A DNA stretch of 64,000 nucleotides from Rhodothermales bacterium (GCA_965216255.1 OZ244148.1:3079015-3143014), one strand, 5' to 3'; positions 37,192-47,868 are shown, numbered from the stretch's first letter. Notes: generated by a model from the sequence alone, not told the origin. A program made the numbers and translations.

Positions 37192-38106
37192 CTAGCCCTG
37201 TTCCAGCGCATTAGCGCCGCTAATGATTTCCAGAATCTCTGTCGTGATTGCGCTTTGCCGGGCGCGGTTGTACTGCAGGGTCAGCGTCTGGAGCAATTCG
37301 CTGGCGTTGGAGGTGGCGTTGTCCATGGCGACCATTCGCGCTCCTTGCTCGGCGGCATTGGATTCGAGGAGCGCCCGCCAAACCATGTAGTTCAGATATC
37401 GCGGAATCAGGACATCCAGGATGGTGTAGGCGTCCGGCTCAAAAATATAGTCGGCAGTGTAGCGCTCCTGCAATTCTGGCTTTTGCACCCCTTCGCGTTC
37501 CATAACTGGCGTTAGGAAGTGCTCGGGAGGAATGGGAAGGAATGGCTCCACGATGCGGTTTTGAGCAATCGTGTTCCTGAATTCGTTGTAGACCAGATAC
37601 ACTTCGTCCCAATTGCCAGCGAGGAAGCCCTCTACGGCATGGTCCCCGATGCTTTGCGCGGTCTCGAAGTTCAGATCCCGGAAGATGCCCCGATGGTCTC
37701 CTACTATCTTGTGACCGCGCTTGCTGAAATGGTCGTGGCCCTTGCGCCCGGCGGCGAGGACGAGGGAGTGAATTGCTGGCCGCTCTTGAATGGCTTGCTC
37801 AGCGGTCTTGATTATGTTGCTGTTGAAGGCTCCGGCAAGCCCCCGGTCCCCGGTAATGGCAATGAGCAGCAAGTTTTTTACTTCCAGTCGCTCGACAAAA
37901 AGCGGATGGGCTGCTGGCGTAAATTTGCCCTGGGCCTTGAGATGCCCAATGATTTCGCCGATCTTGAAGGCATAGGGGCGTGTCTTGAAGATGTTCTCCT
38001 GCGCACGACGCAGCTTGGCAGCCGCCACCATTTTCATGGCACGTGTGACCTGCTGCGTATTCTCTACAGAATAGATGCGAGTCCGTATGTCGCGCAGCGT
38101 AGCCAT
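37192..38106 (-). CDS. atpG: F1 ATP synthase gamma subunit
   Basis: The N-terminus is MATLRDIRTRI.SV.NTQQVTRAMKMVAAAKLRRAQ, and the gene sits after atpA. Confidence 0.95.
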   Translation of the reverse strand: MATLRDIRTRIYSVENTQQVTRAMKMVAAAKLRRAQENIFKTRPYAFKIGEIIGHLKAQGKFTPAAHPLFVERLEVKNLLLIAITGDRGLAGAFNSNIIKTAEQAIQERPAIHSLVLAAGRKGHDHFSKRGHKIVGDHRGIFRDLNFETAQSIGDHAVEGFLAGNWDEVYLVYNEFRNTIAQNRIVEPFLPIPPEHFLTPVMEREGVQKPELQERYTADYIFEPDAYTILDVLIPRYLNYMVWRALLESNAAEQGARMVAMDNATSNASELLQTLTLQYNRARQSAITTEILEIISGANALEQG

Positions 38107-38108
38107 GC

Positions 38109-39701
38109 CTAGCGTTCAGCGTACAGTTGAACCAAGCGCGCTGCCTCGGCCCGGAAGGCGTCCTTTGTGGCATCGCTGAGCTTGCCCGTATTGCGGATAT
38201 CTGCTAGCGCCCCCGATTGGCGGCTGCGGAGATTCTCTATCAGCTCGCGCTCAAAATTGCACACGTCGCCCACCTCGACGCTGTCAAGCAGTCCTTCGCT
38301 GCCTACGAAAATGGCCGCGACCTGCTCTTCTACTGGAACGGGGGCAAACTGGCCCTGCTTCAGGATCTCGACCAGGCGCTGGCCGCGGCGAATCTGCCGC
38401 TGCGTGGCTGGATCCAGGTCAGAGCCAAACTTGGCAAAGGCTTCAAGCGCGCGGAATTGTGCCAGGTCCAGGCGCAGCATGCCCGCAGATTGTTTCATGG
38501 CCTTGATCTGGGCGTTGCCGCCTACACGGCTGACCGAAATGCCCACGTTGATTGCAGGGCGGACGCCGGCATTGAACAGGTCCGGTTCGAGGTAGATCTG
38601 CCCGTCCGTGATGGAGATGACATTTGTCGGAATGTAGGCATCCACGGCGCCGGCCTGTGTTTCGATCACAGGCAGTGCTGTGAGCGACCCGCCGCCCTTT
38701 ACCTTGCCCTTCAAAGACGGAGGCAGGTCGTTCATCTGCCGGGCAATTTCTTCGGTGGCTGAAATCTTGGCAGCGCGCTCCAGGAGGCGGCTATGGAGGT
38801 AAAACACATCGCCGGGATAGGCTTCGCGGCCCGGGGGGCGCCTAAGTAGCAAGGACACCTGCCGGTAGGCCACGGCTTGTTTGGATAGGTCGTCAAAGAC
38901 AACCAGCGCGTGGCGGCCCGTGTCACGGAAGTATTCCCCAATGCAGGTGCCTGCAAAAGGTGCTATATACTGCAGGGGCGCGGGCGCAGAAGCGGGAGCA
39001 TTCACGATGACCGTGTATGCCATGGCGCCGTTTTCTTCCAAGGCCTTTGCCACCTGTGCCACAGTAGAAGCTTTCTGACCTATGGCAACGTAAATGCAGA
39101 AAACCGGCTCATCTGTCTCATGCGTGTTTGCTTGGCTTATAATGGCATCGATAAGGACGGCGGTCTTGCCGGTCTGCCGGTCCCCTATGACGAGTTCACG
39201 CTGGCCTCGACCAATGGGGATCATGGAGTCGATGGCCTTGATGCCGGTGAGCAGTGGCTGGGAAACCGGCTCCCGATAAATCACGCTGGGGGCTTTGCGC
39301 TCCAGGGGCATTTCACAGGTTTCCCCGGTGAGCGGCCCCAAGGCGTCCAATGGCTCGCCCAGCGGATCAATTACACGTCCCAGCATGCCCTCGGTAACCT
39401 GGACGGACGCAATACGCCTCGTGCGACGGGCCTCGTCGCCCTCCCTTACGGTATGGGCATTACCGAAGAGCACAGCACCGACGTTGTCCTCTTCCAGATT
39501 CATCACCATGCCCGTAACCTCTCGGAGCGGAAAATGGATCAGCTCGCCTGCCTGCACGTGAGAAAGGCCGTACAGCCGCGCGATCCCGTCTCCAACTTGC
39601 AGGACGCTGCCGATTTCATAGACATCCGTTTCTGGCCGAAAGTCCTTGAGTTCACGTCTGAGTACCGCGGTTACTTCGTCGGGTTGGATAGCTGTTGCCA
39701 T
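38109..39701 (-). CDS. atpA: F1 ATP synthase alpha subunit
   Basis: P-loop GDRQTGKT, with alpha-type sequence throughout. Confidence 0.95.
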   Translation of the reverse strand: MATAIQPDEVTAVLRRELKDFRPETDVYEIGSVLQVGDGIARLYGLSHVQAGELIHFPLREVTGMVMNLEEDNVGAVLFGNAHTVREGDEARRTRRIASVQVTEGMLGRVIDPLGEPLDALGPLTGETCEMPLERKAPSVIYREPVSQPLLTGIKAIDSMIPIGRGQRELVIGDRQTGKTAVLIDAIISQANTHETDEPVFCIYVAIGQKASTVAQVAKALEENGAMAYTVIVNAPASAPAPLQYIAPFAGTCIGEYFRDTGRHALVVFDDLSKQAVAYRQVSLLLRRPPGREAYPGDVFYLHSRLLERAAKISATEEIARQMNDLPPSLKGKVKGGGSLTALPVIETQAGAVDAYIPTNVISITDGQIYLEPDLFNAGVRPAINVGISVSRVGGNAQIKAMKQSAGMLRLDLAQFRALEAFAKFGSDLDPATQRQIRRGQRLVEILKQGQFAPVPVEEQVAAIFVGSEGLLDSVEVGDVCNFERELIENLRSRQSGALADIRNTGKLSDATKDAFRAEAARLVQLYAER

Positions 39702-39732
39702 TATCTGTCTAGTCTTGGAAGCACGGTAACAC

Positions 39733-40263
39733 CTAAGTGCTGGTCATACTTGCCCGGAGTCGCTCCAGCTGATGCCGGACGCTGCCATCATAAACCACGT
39801 CGCCGATGCGCACAACCATGCCGCCGACGAGCGAGGTGTCCATTTCGATCACCAGCCGGATACGGTTGGCCAGGCGCTGCTCAAGTGCAGCCGCCAACTT
39901 CGCTCTCTCAGCATCGGACAGGGCGAAACACGTGCGAACGTAAGCGGTCGTAATGCCGGACTTGATGTCGCTAAGCTCGGCATAGAATGCAGCCATCGCA
40001 GGTAACAAATACTCTCGCTTCCTTGCGATCACAAGTCGCAGAAAGCGAATCGAAAGCGGATGGAGGTTCTCTCCAAATATCGCAGTTACCGCTGACTTCT
40101 TTGCTTCCCGGGCCACCACGGGGCTTTGCAAGTATGCCGCGAAGGCGGGTTCATCCAACACGGTTTGGCGGACAAGTGCCATGTCACGGCCAATACGGGG
40201 GTCCTGCGCGGCTTCCTCGTAGAGGGCCCTGGCATATCGTCGCACAACGCTCTGGTGGCTCAT
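39733..40263 (-). CDS. atpH: F1 ATP synthase delta (OSCP) subunit
   Basis: Size, position between atpF and atpA, and the RYARALYE N-terminus all fit. Confidence 0.85.
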   Translation of the reverse strand: MSHQSVVRRYARALYEEAAQDPRIGRDMALVRQTVLDEPAFAAYLQSPVVAREAKKSAVTAIFGENLHPLSIRFLRLVIARKREYLLPAMAAFYAELSDIKSGITTAYVRTCFALSDAERAKLAAALEQRLANRIRLVIEMDTSLVGGMVVRIGDVVYDGSVRHQLERLRASMTST

Positions 40264-40278
40264 GCCGTAGGTAGGAGC

Positions 40279-40788
40279 TTAGTTGGTGCGGAGTTCGTCC
40301 AGGAAGGAATCCACGAGACCTCGTTGGAGCTGCACATCGAGATTTGCACGCAGAATTCGTTCGGCAGCCTGCACCGCGAGGTCCGCGACTTCCGTCCGCA
40401 GCGCCTGCAGAGCCTCCTCCTTCTTGCGACTGATTTCGTCCTGTGCCTGTGCGTGCAGCTGGCCGATCTCCTCGCGCGTCCGAAGCAGTTCGTCGGCCCG
40501 GAGCCGCTCGATTTCCTCACGGGTAGCCCGAAGAAGCCGCTGGGCCTCAAGTTCTGCGTCGCGCCGAATACGCTTGTTTTCCTTCTGCACGTGACGACTC
40601 TCTTCAAGAGCCTTTTCTGCCCGGCGTATAGAGTCGTCTATCTTGCGCTCGCGTTCTTCGAGGGCGGATGTAATGGGGCCCCAGGCGAAGCGCCGCAGTA
40701 TAAAGAGCAGCGTAATGAATACGATGGTTAACCAGATGACAAGCCCTACATTCGGGCTCAGCAAATTGGCAGCAACGAAGTACGTCAT
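40279..40788 (-). CDS. atpF: F0 ATP synthase b subunit
   Basis: A single N-terminal TM segment is followed by a long charged helix. The operon position fits. Confidence 0.85.
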   Translation of the reverse strand: MTYFVAANLLSPNVGLVIWLTIVFITLLFILRRFAWGPITSALEERERKIDDSIRRAEKALEESRHVQKENKRIRRDAELEAQRLLRATREEIERLRADELLRTREEIGQLHAQAQDEISRKKEEALQALRTEVADLAVQAAERILRANLDVQLQRGLVDSFLDELRTN

Positions 40789-40799
40789 CGTGCAGCGTA

Positions 40800-41030
40800 T
40801 CAGCCCTTGATTGTCAGTAGGAAGGTGATGACCAGCCCGAATAGGGCGACACCTTCAATGAGGGCGGCGGCAATGATCATGCTTTGCCGGATAATGTCGG
40901 TCGCCTCGGGCTGGCGGGCCGTGCCTTCCATAGCGGGACCTGCGAGGAGGCCGATACCGATACCGGTGCCGAGGGCGATCAGACCGGCACCTATGCCGGC
41001 GCCAAGCCATGCCAATGCAACGGATTCCAT
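40800..41030 (-). CDS. atpE: F0 ATP synthase c subunit
   Basis: A 76-aa hairpin with the loop RQPE and a carboxylate in ALIEGVALF. Confidence 0.9.
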   Translation of the reverse strand: MESVALAWLGAGIGAGLIALGTGIGIGLLAGPAMEGTARQPEATDIIRQSMIIAAALIEGVALFGLVITFLLTIKG

Positions 41031-41078
41031 AGTGGTTACGGGGTCTTGGTGGTCAAAAGCAGCGTGGAGTGTACAACA

Positions 41079-42173
41079 CTAAGCATGGGCGTGCGCGTCG
41101 TGTGGATGCTCAGCGATGGCCATGCCAATAAACAGCGCTGAAAGAAAAGTAAAGATGTAGGCCTGGATGAAGGCTATCAAGATCTCAAGAAGGTTCACAA
41201 AAAGCAGGAACCCGATGCTTACCGGTGCGACCCCATAGCCTGCCAAGGGACCAAAGAGCTGGGAGAAGGTGAAAATGAGGCCGACCAGACTCAGAATGAC
41301 CAGGTGACCAGCCGTCATGTTGGCAAACAATCGAATAGCCAGAGCAATGGGTTTGGTAAACTGGCCCATGATCTCCGTAGGTATCAAGAGAAACTTGATG
41401 ACTACCGGTATGCCCGGTGGCCAGAAGATATGTCGCCAGTGGTCCTTCGATCCATTCACCTGCGTGAGCACAAACGTGAATGTGGCAAGCACCGATGTAA
41501 CCATGAGGTTCGAAGTAGCCGTGGCTCCGAACGGTACGAGTCCCATGAGGTTGCAGGTCAGGATGAAGAAAAATATCGTGAGCAGGAAGGGTAGAAAGGG
41601 CTTGTATCTTTCGCCCAAGCTGGACTTGGCGACACTGTCTCGAACAAATAGAATGAGCGTCTCGAATAAGTTCTGAAAGAGGCCGCGCGGTGCCGTCTGC
41701 CGTCCAATGCCCTGTTGATAGCGGAAGGAGAGCCTCAGGAAGATAAACAGCACGATAGCCGCCCCAAGAAGGGCGAAGATCAAGTGCCGCGTCATGGAAA
41801 AGTCGATGACAATTTCGCCGGAATTCGGCACAAGAAGTGCGTCCAAGTGCGCTCCGGTAGCGATGAGATCCTCTACGGACACGGCACCGTGGTCGCCTTC
41901 TGCAGCAGCATCCTCATGGCTGCCCGCGATGAAGACGCCGGACCTGAGCGCGGCAGCCGTGCTCGCATAAACCTTCAGGCCAAACGTACCCTCGGCGCCG
42001 CGAACGAAGAAAATCCGCGGCAACTCCACGGTGGCAATTGGCTCGAAATCCAGATAGTAGCCGTCTGCCGTATGGTGTAGCGGATCAAAGTCACCCTCCT
42101 CCTCAGCCGCAAGGCTGGCAGGAACCAGAAAGAGACAGACGACGGCGAGCTGGACCCTAGCCACGCTTTTCAT
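41079..42173 (-). CDS. atpB: F0 ATP synthase a subunit with long N-terminal extension
   Basis: The C-terminal half has the a-subunit pattern (LAIRLFANMTAGH). The start is placed at MKSVARV (42173). The ORF extends to 42218. Confidence 0.85.
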   Translation of the reverse strand: MKSVARVQLAVVCLFLVPASLAAEEEGDFDPLHHTADGYYLDFEPIATVELPRIFFVRGAEGTFGLKVYASTAAALRSGVFIAGSHEDAAAEGDHGAVSVEDLIATGAHLDALLVPNSGEIVIDFSMTRHLIFALLGAAIVLFIFLRLSFRYQQGIGRQTAPRGLFQNLFETLILFVRDSVAKSSLGERYKPFLPFLLTIFFFILTCNLMGLVPFGATATSNLMVTSVLATFTFVLTQVNGSKDHWRHIFWPPGIPVVIKFLLIPTEIMGQFTKPIALAIRLFANMTAGHLVILSLVGLIFTFSQLFGPLAGYGVAPVSIGFLLFVNLLEILIAFIQAYIFTFLSALFIGMAIAEHPHDAHAHA

Positions 42174-42468
42174 TTGAACGGTTTGCAAGCCACCGGATTT
42201 CCAATCCCACACCAGCAAAGAGCAGTACCAGGAATGCGGTCAAGAATGGAACGCTACGTATGGGCAGCAGCAGGATGATAGCGGCAATCGCCGCTAACGC
42301 TGCCATCATGCGTCCGAGCATGCCCCCGAAAATAGTGATCATGAAGAGGCGCTGTTCCTGACGCAGCGCGAGCTTGGCCATCCCTATACTAGAGACCAGG
42401 TATAGAAGGCCAAGGGCAAATCCGATGCAGGCGCTACCCAACAAAGTAGCAATTGCAACTTCCGTCAT
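42157..42468 (-). CDS. Small polytopic membrane protein, AtpI-like by position
   Basis: 103 aa with three or four hydrophobic segments, lying between atpZ and atpB and overlapping the atpB start. Confidence 0.45.
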   Translation of the reverse strand: MTEVAIATLLGSACIGFALGLLYLVSSIGMAKLALRQEQRLFMITIFGGMLGRMMAALAAIAAIILLLPIRSVPFLTAFLVLLFAGVGLEIRWLANRSNEKRG

Positions 42469-42557
42469 GTAAGTCTTGGAACGCTCTAGCGACGTCGGAG
42501 AGCCGCCGGAACGGACACTGAGGAGTGAATTCTACATGAATGGGACCGGGTGGGCGG

Positions 42558-42794
42558 TTACCTCCGACCTGCAGTAAACACTCCCGCGACATAAAGGAGG
42601 CGCACAAACACGAAGATAACCCCAATCACGGCGCCACTTACGACCAGCCACGGTTCTGTGCCGAGCCTGCGGTCGACCAGCAATCCTGCTGTCACGCAAA
42701 CGACCATCGTCGTGGCAATCTGAACGCCAATACTGGCATACGGAGACGCCGCTCCCACGCGGCCCAGCGATTTGCGAGGCGTCGGTTTCATCAC
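42558..42794 (-). CDS. atpZ: AtpZ/AtpI-family small membrane protein
   Basis: The sequence is SPYASIGVQIATTMVVCVTAGLLVDRRLGTEPWLVVSGAVIGV. The two-TM layout is typical of the ATPase_gene1 family. Confidence 0.7.
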   Translation of the reverse strand: MMKPTPRKSLGRVGAASPYASIGVQIATTMVVCVTAGLLVDRRLGTEPWLVVSGAVIGVIFVFVRLLYVAGVFTAGRR

Positions 42795-42800
42795 TGCGGC

Positions 42801-43283
42801 CTACGAGGCCGCTGCCCTGCTCAGGTCAGGGCGCAGCATGTCCAACTGGGTAGCAGTCCCGCTGTCTCTTGACTCCAAGTCTTTCTTAACGATCTGTCCT
42901 CGCTGACCCATCTGGCACTCGCCGTTGAATGTGGCGCCCTCCTCCACGATGAGCCGTGAAGTTTGGATGGTTCCTTCCACAACGGCAGAGCTTGACAGGA
43001 ACACGCGCTCCGAGGCCACAATACTTCCCTCGACATGCCCGGCAATCTTGGCGTGTGCACTTTCGATTTCACCCTCAACGCCACCTTCGGAGGCAACAAT
43101 GCAACATCCGTTGATCTGCAACTTCCCCTTTACACGTCCGCTGATGCGAAGGTCCGATTCTGCGGTCAGAATGCCCTCAATGTAAGTGCCCTCGGCAATG
43201 ATGTTCACGTTAGGCGAAGTGGATGTTGCGCCTTGTTTGACCATGGAGAGCTCGCTGTCTGTGGTGTTTCCAAAAAGGGCCAT
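42801..43283 (-). CDS. Bactofilin-family cytoskeletal protein
   Basis: Repetitive beta-helix pattern (IEG.L....DLRISGRVKG.L, VEGEI.SA.AKIAGHVEGSI, VEGTI.TSRLIVEEGA.F.G). Confidence 0.8.
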   Translation of the reverse strand: MALFGNTTDSELSMVKQGATSTSPNVNIIAEGTYIEGILTAESDLRISGRVKGKLQINGCCIVASEGGVEGEIESAHAKIAGHVEGSIVASERVFLSSSAVVEGTIQTSRLIVEEGATFNGECQMGQRGQIVKKDLESRDSGTATQLDMLRPDLSRAAAS

Positions 43284-43408
43284 ATTGTTGACCTGATTGT
43301 TCTGGATCTACGCCCAATGGCGTATGCGGTTGCCTGGCCAGGACCGCGCGGCCATTGGTACAAGGCTTGTTACGCCACCGCAATGTTAAACGTTGCGGTA
43401 GCAAGATG

Positions 43409-44413
43409 CTACTGGTCAAGCAAATATAGGCTTGGATCTTGCGCAAGGCCGTTGTTCCAGATCTCGATATGGAGATGGGGGCCCGAAGAGTATTCGCCGG
43501 AGTCACCGCTCGTGGCGATGGCCTCCCCCAAACGGACCCTGTCGGCTACGCGCTTGAGCAGCCGCTGGTTATGCTTGTAGACGGATACATACCCGTCGGC
43601 ATGCTGAATGGCAATTTCGTAGCCACCGGTCTGCGACCAGTCCGCGAATATGGCATAGCCGTTTCCTATGGCACGCACTGGCGTGCCCACGCTCGTGGCG
43701 ATATCTATTCCAAAATGTCCCGCCCGGGCATCAAACCCGCGGGAAAGGAAGCCGCTGACAGGTGCCAACGCCGGGAGTTCCAGGCTGGTCAGGTACTGCC
43801 GTCCGTCCGGTACTAGTAGCGAGGGTGAGTCCGTGGTGGCAGGCATCCGGATAACCGCCAGGGCTGGCTGTTCATGATCCTCCCAGTTTTCGGACACCGG
43901 CTCGGCTAGGGTCTGGCCAATGCCCCCGCCCCCAGTGATCTCTTGTGAGTCTGCTGGCTCAACGGGCTGCGCATCCATTTCTCCTGTCAACAGGCTTCGA
44001 ATCTGGTTGAGGTACTGCTCTTGCACCGCAAGAGAATCCTCCAAGGCTGCTAGGCGCATGTCGGTAAGCAGTGCATTGCCGCGTGCATCGGAAGTATAAT
44101 AGCCAGGCAGCAGATTCTTCACTGGCGTAAATACCAGGACGACGTAAGTGACAAACGACAGCGCAGCAGCCAGAACTCCTGCGGCAACGCGAATATGTAT
44201 GGGCTGGATCTTGTACAGCCGTGACTTTACGGTGCGGTCATCGTCCACGACGATGATGGTACGCTTGGAGTCCGTGCGACCCGTTAGGTCACGAACAAAT
44301 AGCCAGCCATGCGCAAGGAGCTTTATCATGGAGCCAACCACGCAAGATCTCGCTAATGTACGCAGAGTAGCATTGGGGGTTGAGCATCGCAGTACGGGCC
44401 CGAGCGTGAGCAC
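43409..44413 (-). CDS. M23-family (LytM-type) peptidoglycan endopeptidase with N-terminal TM and coiled-coil
   Basis: The C-terminal domain reads HFGIDIA...GTPV.A...G...GGY...I.H.DGY.S.Y.H......GDSG..SSGPHLHIEI. The start may instead be at 44329. Confidence 0.85.
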   Translation of the reverse strand: MLTLGPVLRCSTPNATLRTLARSCVVGSMIKLLAHGWLFVRDLTGRTDSKRTIIVVDDDRTVKSRLYKIQPIHIRVAAGVLAAALSFVTYVVLVFTPVKNLLPGYYTSDARGNALLTDMRLAALEDSLAVQEQYLNQIRSLLTGEMDAQPVEPADSQEITGGGGIGQTLAEPVSENWEDHEQPALAVIRMPATTDSPSLLVPDGRQYLTSLELPALAPVSGFLSRGFDARAGHFGIDIATSVGTPVRAIGNGYAIFADWSQTGGYEIAIQHADGYVSVYKHNQRLLKRVADRVRLGEAIATSGDSGEYSSGPHLHIEIWNNGLAQDPSLYLLDQ

Positions 44414-44435
44414 GCAAGGGGGCCGTTCCTCCGCC

Positions 44436-44732
44436 CTAGCAAAAGACGATGTCGCCGACGAGGTCGGAGCCTAGGTAGGCGTTCAATCTCTGCGCCCATT
44501 CCCCGCGCTGCAGGTGCAATTCTTGTCGCCACACAGCAGACGTAAGCCGGATGTGGAGCGTGCCATCCTTGACCCAGCTGCAATCTGTTACGCTATTGAT
44601 GTGCGGGCCTGCCAGCGTCGTCCACCCCTCCCGGATACGGACTTCTTCGATCCCGGTTCGAATGCCTAACTGATCAATGACCGCATTCAGTACCATTCCG
44701 AGTGGTTGGGGCTGGTTCCGAATTTGCGCCAT
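44436..44732 (-). CDS. DUF721 (DciA-like) protein
   Basis: About 98 aa, with W..LAGP.I...T....V.DGTL.I...S.VWRQEL....... as in the DUF721 family. The start is placed at MAQIRN. Confidence 0.6.
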   Translation of the reverse strand: MAQIRNQPQPLGMVLNAVIDQLGIRTGIEEVRIREGWTTLAGPHINSVTDCSWVKDGTLHIRLTSAVWRQELHLQRGEWAQRLNAYLGSDLVGDIVFC

Positions 44733-44816
44733 GGTTCCATCGTGGGTGAATGATTCAAGATACAGCATTTTGCCGTATCTCTAAACTGCCAGGAGCTTCG
44801 GGCGTTCACTTAGGCG

Positions 44817-45791
44817 ATGGAGGGCACAGTACAGCTTCTGCGTGGGCGCTACGCCCCGTCACCCACAGGCTTACTGCATGTTGGTAGCGCCAGAACTGCG
44901 CTCGTGGCATGGCTTTCAGCGCGCGCAGCAGGTGGCTCGTTTGTGCTGCGCATGGAGGATCTGGACGGTAAGAGGGCGGTGCCCGGCATGGCACAGGCCA
45001 TCCTGCAAGATTTGGCATGGCTTGGAATCAATTGGGATGTCGGACCTGATAGCGACGAAACGTACATGCAATCACGGCGCTCAACGCTGTATGAGGCTGC
45101 CGTTTCCAGGCTGCGGGCACACGAGAGACTCTTTCCATGCACGTATTCCCGCAGGGATCTCGAGCGGCTGGCAACCGCGCCCCACGGGATGCCTTCCCAG
45201 CCGCCGTATCCTGCGGCGCTGCGCCCCCGGCAACTGCCGGGAGACTGGTTTGAACTGCACAGAAGTGGGAAGGCGTCCCTGCGATTCAAAGTTGCCGACG
45301 AACTGGTCACATTTCAGGATCGTGTCTATGGCATGGTATGCGAAAGGGTGTCGGATTCGGTAGGTGATTTCGTTGTAAAACGGCGCGACGGTGTCTACGC
45401 CTATCAGCTGGCCGTAGTCGTGGATGATGTGTCCATGGGTATTACAGAAGTGGTGCGCGGGGAGGACCTGATCTCTTCCACTGCCCGGCAGATTCAGTTA
45501 ATCGAAGCGCTAGGAGAATCGCCGCCGGCCTATGGCCATGTACCCCTTGTCGTTGCGCCTGACGGCGTAAAGCTGTCAAAGCGCCACAGTGGTCTCTCTG
45601 TCCGAGCGCTTCGCGCAGCGGGTGTGCGTGCCGACACTCTGGTCGGCTATCTTGCGTATACGCTTGGGCTACTGTTCGACCCCGTTCCTTGTAGTCCGGC
45701 CGATCTTGTACCTGGTTTTTCTTGGCAGGAAGTACACCGGCGTGCTTGGACGCTGCCCAGGGACCTGGCGGAAAAGCTTCTCGTGGGGTAG
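44817..45791 (+). CDS. gluQ: Glutamyl-Q tRNA(Asp) synthetase
   Basis: A truncated GluRS catalytic domain: RGRYAPSPTGLLHVGSARTAL, RMEDLD, and a KLSKR loop. There is no anticodon-binding domain. Confidence 0.85.
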   Translation: MEGTVQLLRGRYAPSPTGLLHVGSARTALVAWLSARAAGGSFVLRMEDLDGKRAVPGMAQAILQDLAWLGINWDVGPDSDETYMQSRRSTLYEAAVSRLRAHERLFPCTYSRRDLERLATAPHGMPSQPPYPAALRPRQLPGDWFELHRSGKASLRFKVADELVTFQDRVYGMVCERVSDSVGDFVVKRRDGVYAYQLAVVVDDVSMGITEVVRGEDLISSTARQIQLIEALGESPPAYGHVPLVVAPDGVKLSKRHSGLSVRALRAAGVRADTLVGYLAYTLGLLFDPVPCSPADLVPGFSWQEVHRRAWTLPRDLAEKLLVG

Positions 45792-45844
45792 ACCGATGTT
45801 ACTTCGCTACTGGCACGCGCGGCATCTGAGGTGGAGACGCTGGC

Positions 45845-47239
45845 ATGCATAAGAATTTGGCAACCATATTCGTGTCTGCAGCGCTGCTTCTTGCGGTTGG
45901 AGTGGCGCATGCGCAGGACACGCTGCTCGTAACGCTTCAGGATGTTGCGCGACGGGCTTTGGCGGTGAGTCCGGACCTGGGTGCCGTGCGGGCGGATAAG
46001 GCACACGCCGATGCACGCATGGACCTGGCACGCGCCAGTCGCATTCTCCCGGAGCTCAGCAGCAATTCCGCCTTTTCTCTTGCGCCCGGAATAAGCAATC
46101 CCAACGGCGTGGACAGACAGGCACTGTATCTCGATCCTGCTGTGCGCAATGATTATTCCAGCCTGGCTCCGTTTGTTTATGCGGACATCAGCCTTGCGCA
46201 GCCAATCTACACATGGGGCCTGCTGGGAGCAAGTCTCGATGCGGCCTCTTCCGGCGTAGATGTGGAAGCTGCCGCAGTTGCCGGCAAGGAGCTGGACGTG
46301 GTGCTGCGTGCGGCGGAGCTGTATTTCAACGTGCTTCTGGCGGAAGGCATGGTGCGACTTACTGACCGGGCGGGAGACGTAGTGGACCAGGCCAAGCGTG
46401 AAATCGCAAGGCTCTTGGAGGAGGGCAACCCCGATGTCGACGAGGCAGAGCGGTACCAGGTGCTGATCACGGAGCAGGAGTTTCTGCGCCGAGTGGCCGA
46501 GGTACTTCAGCGGCGCGAGGTGGCGTATGTAGGTCTACGCCGGCAGCTGCTACTACAGGATTCTACAATTCTGGTACCGAAGGACAACCAATTGAGGCCC
46601 TTGCAATATGCTGCTGAAGGCCTGGAGGTGTACCTGAGGGCCGCGTACGATCGGCCTGAGATGCAGCAGGCACGCGCCGGCCTGGCGGCGCGTGACGCCT
46701 TGGTTCGCGTCGCGCGGGCAGACTATTATCCGCAAGTGGTGTTTGTTGCCTCGGCAAGCGTGGGTGCAGCGGCTGGCCGCTACCGCCAGCCCAATCCCTT
46801 CGTAAGTGACGGGTTTCGCGTGGCGCGGGCACGTACCGGTATCGGCATCCGGCAGAAGCTCAATTTTTCCCAGACCCGTGCCAGCGTAGCGCAGGCCCGC
46901 GCCGAGCGGGATGTAGTTGACTATCAGCTGCAGGCTGCCGAGCAGCTTGTCCTATTCGAGGTAGAACGAAGCTGGCGGGAACTACTCATCAAAAAGGCAA
47001 CCCTGGTCGCCCAGGATTCCTCGCTAGCCATCAGCAAGGAGTGGCTGCGTGTGGAATACATCAATTTTGACTTGGATCTTGGCGACGCGGAAAATCTCAT
47101 CAAGGCCGTGCAGTTCAACCTCGAGCTGGAGGCCCGCTATCTGGAGGCCGTGCAGGCCTACAACATGGCAGTTCTCCGGCTGCTTGCCGCTGCGGGGCTC
47201 CTCGTGCGGCATGCCAGAGGCGACTTCCCCCTGTTTTGA
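45845..47239 (+). CDS. TolC-family outer-membrane efflux protein
   Basis: A signal peptide followed by the two-repeat OEP architecture. Confidence 0.8.
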   Translation: MHKNLATIFVSAALLLAVGVAHAQDTLLVTLQDVARRALAVSPDLGAVRADKAHADARMDLARASRILPELSSNSAFSLAPGISNPNGVDRQALYLDPAVRNDYSSLAPFVYADISLAQPIYTWGLLGASLDAASSGVDVEAAAVAGKELDVVLRAAELYFNVLLAEGMVRLTDRAGDVVDQAKREIARLLEEGNPDVDEAERYQVLITEQEFLRRVAEVLQRREVAYVGLRRQLLLQDSTILVPKDNQLRPLQYAAEGLEVYLRAAYDRPEMQQARAGLAARDALVRVARADYYPQVVFVASASVGAAAGRYRQPNPFVSDGFRVARARTGIGIRQKLNFSQTRASVAQARAERDVVDYQLQAAEQLVLFEVERSWRELLIKKATLVAQDSSLAISKEWLRVEYINFDLDLGDAENLIKAVQFNLELEARYLEAVQAYNMAVLRLLAAAGLLVRHARGDFPLF

Positions 47240-47256
47240 TCCCAAACGTTGACGAA

Positions 47257-47862
47257 ATGCCACCCTTCCGAAGCCGGCTTGCACTTTTACTTGTCTGTAT
47301 TGCTACAGCCGTACCTCTGTCCGCGCAAGATTCCACCACAGCAGTACGCGCATTCCTGGAGCAGCGTGATCGCGAAATCAAGGCCGCCGTCGATGCGCTG
47401 GCGTCTGAAGATACAGAGGCGGCCCGCGAACGTGCCTCGCACCTCATCAACGACCGCATTGATTTTCATGAAATGGGCCGGCTTGCCTTAGGTCCGCACT
47501 TTGAGGAGATTTCCTCGGAGGATCAGGAGCGTTTTGTCCAGACCTTTGCCGCCATCGTCCGCTCGCAGGCGCTTTCGGACCTTAGTGTATACCGTGCCTC
47601 CGTGGTGTACGATTCCGTGGGGGTGGTCGGCTCGAAGGCTTTCGTGCGCACGCGTGCCAATGTAGACGGGACCATGCTTGGGGTGGAGTACCTGCTGCAT
47701 ATAAAGGATGACACTTGGTGGCTTTACGACATCATCGTGGATGATGTGGGTACGGTGGAGGGCTATGCTGTCTCGTTCCAAAGTTATATTCGCAAGCGTG
47801 GGTTCGACCAGTTCATGGCAAGTCTGGACAGGAGACTTGCGAAACTCCGCCAAGTGCAGTAG
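47257..47862 (+). CDS. MlaC/Ttg2D-family lipid-binding periplasmic protein
   Basis: A signal peptide is present. The central region reads ID...M.R.ALG.H......E....F...F...V...... Confidence 0.7.
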   Translation: MPPFRSRLALLLVCIATAVPLSAQDSTTAVRAFLEQRDREIKAAVDALASEDTEAARERASHLINDRIDFHEMGRLALGPHFEEISSEDQERFVQTFAAIVRSQALSDLSVYRASVVYDSVGVVGSKAFVRTRANVDGTMLGVEYLLHIKDDTWWLYDIIVDDVGTVEGYAVSFQSYIRKRGFDQFMASLDRRLAKLRQVQ

Positions 47863-47868
47863 GGGCGG

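Noticed and set aside
40800-41030. Possible Na+-coupling signature in the c subunit.
   Set aside because: The ion-binding carboxylate is in the context ALIEGVA, without the Ser/Thr following Glu or the upstream Gln expected for Na+ sites. It looks proton-type.
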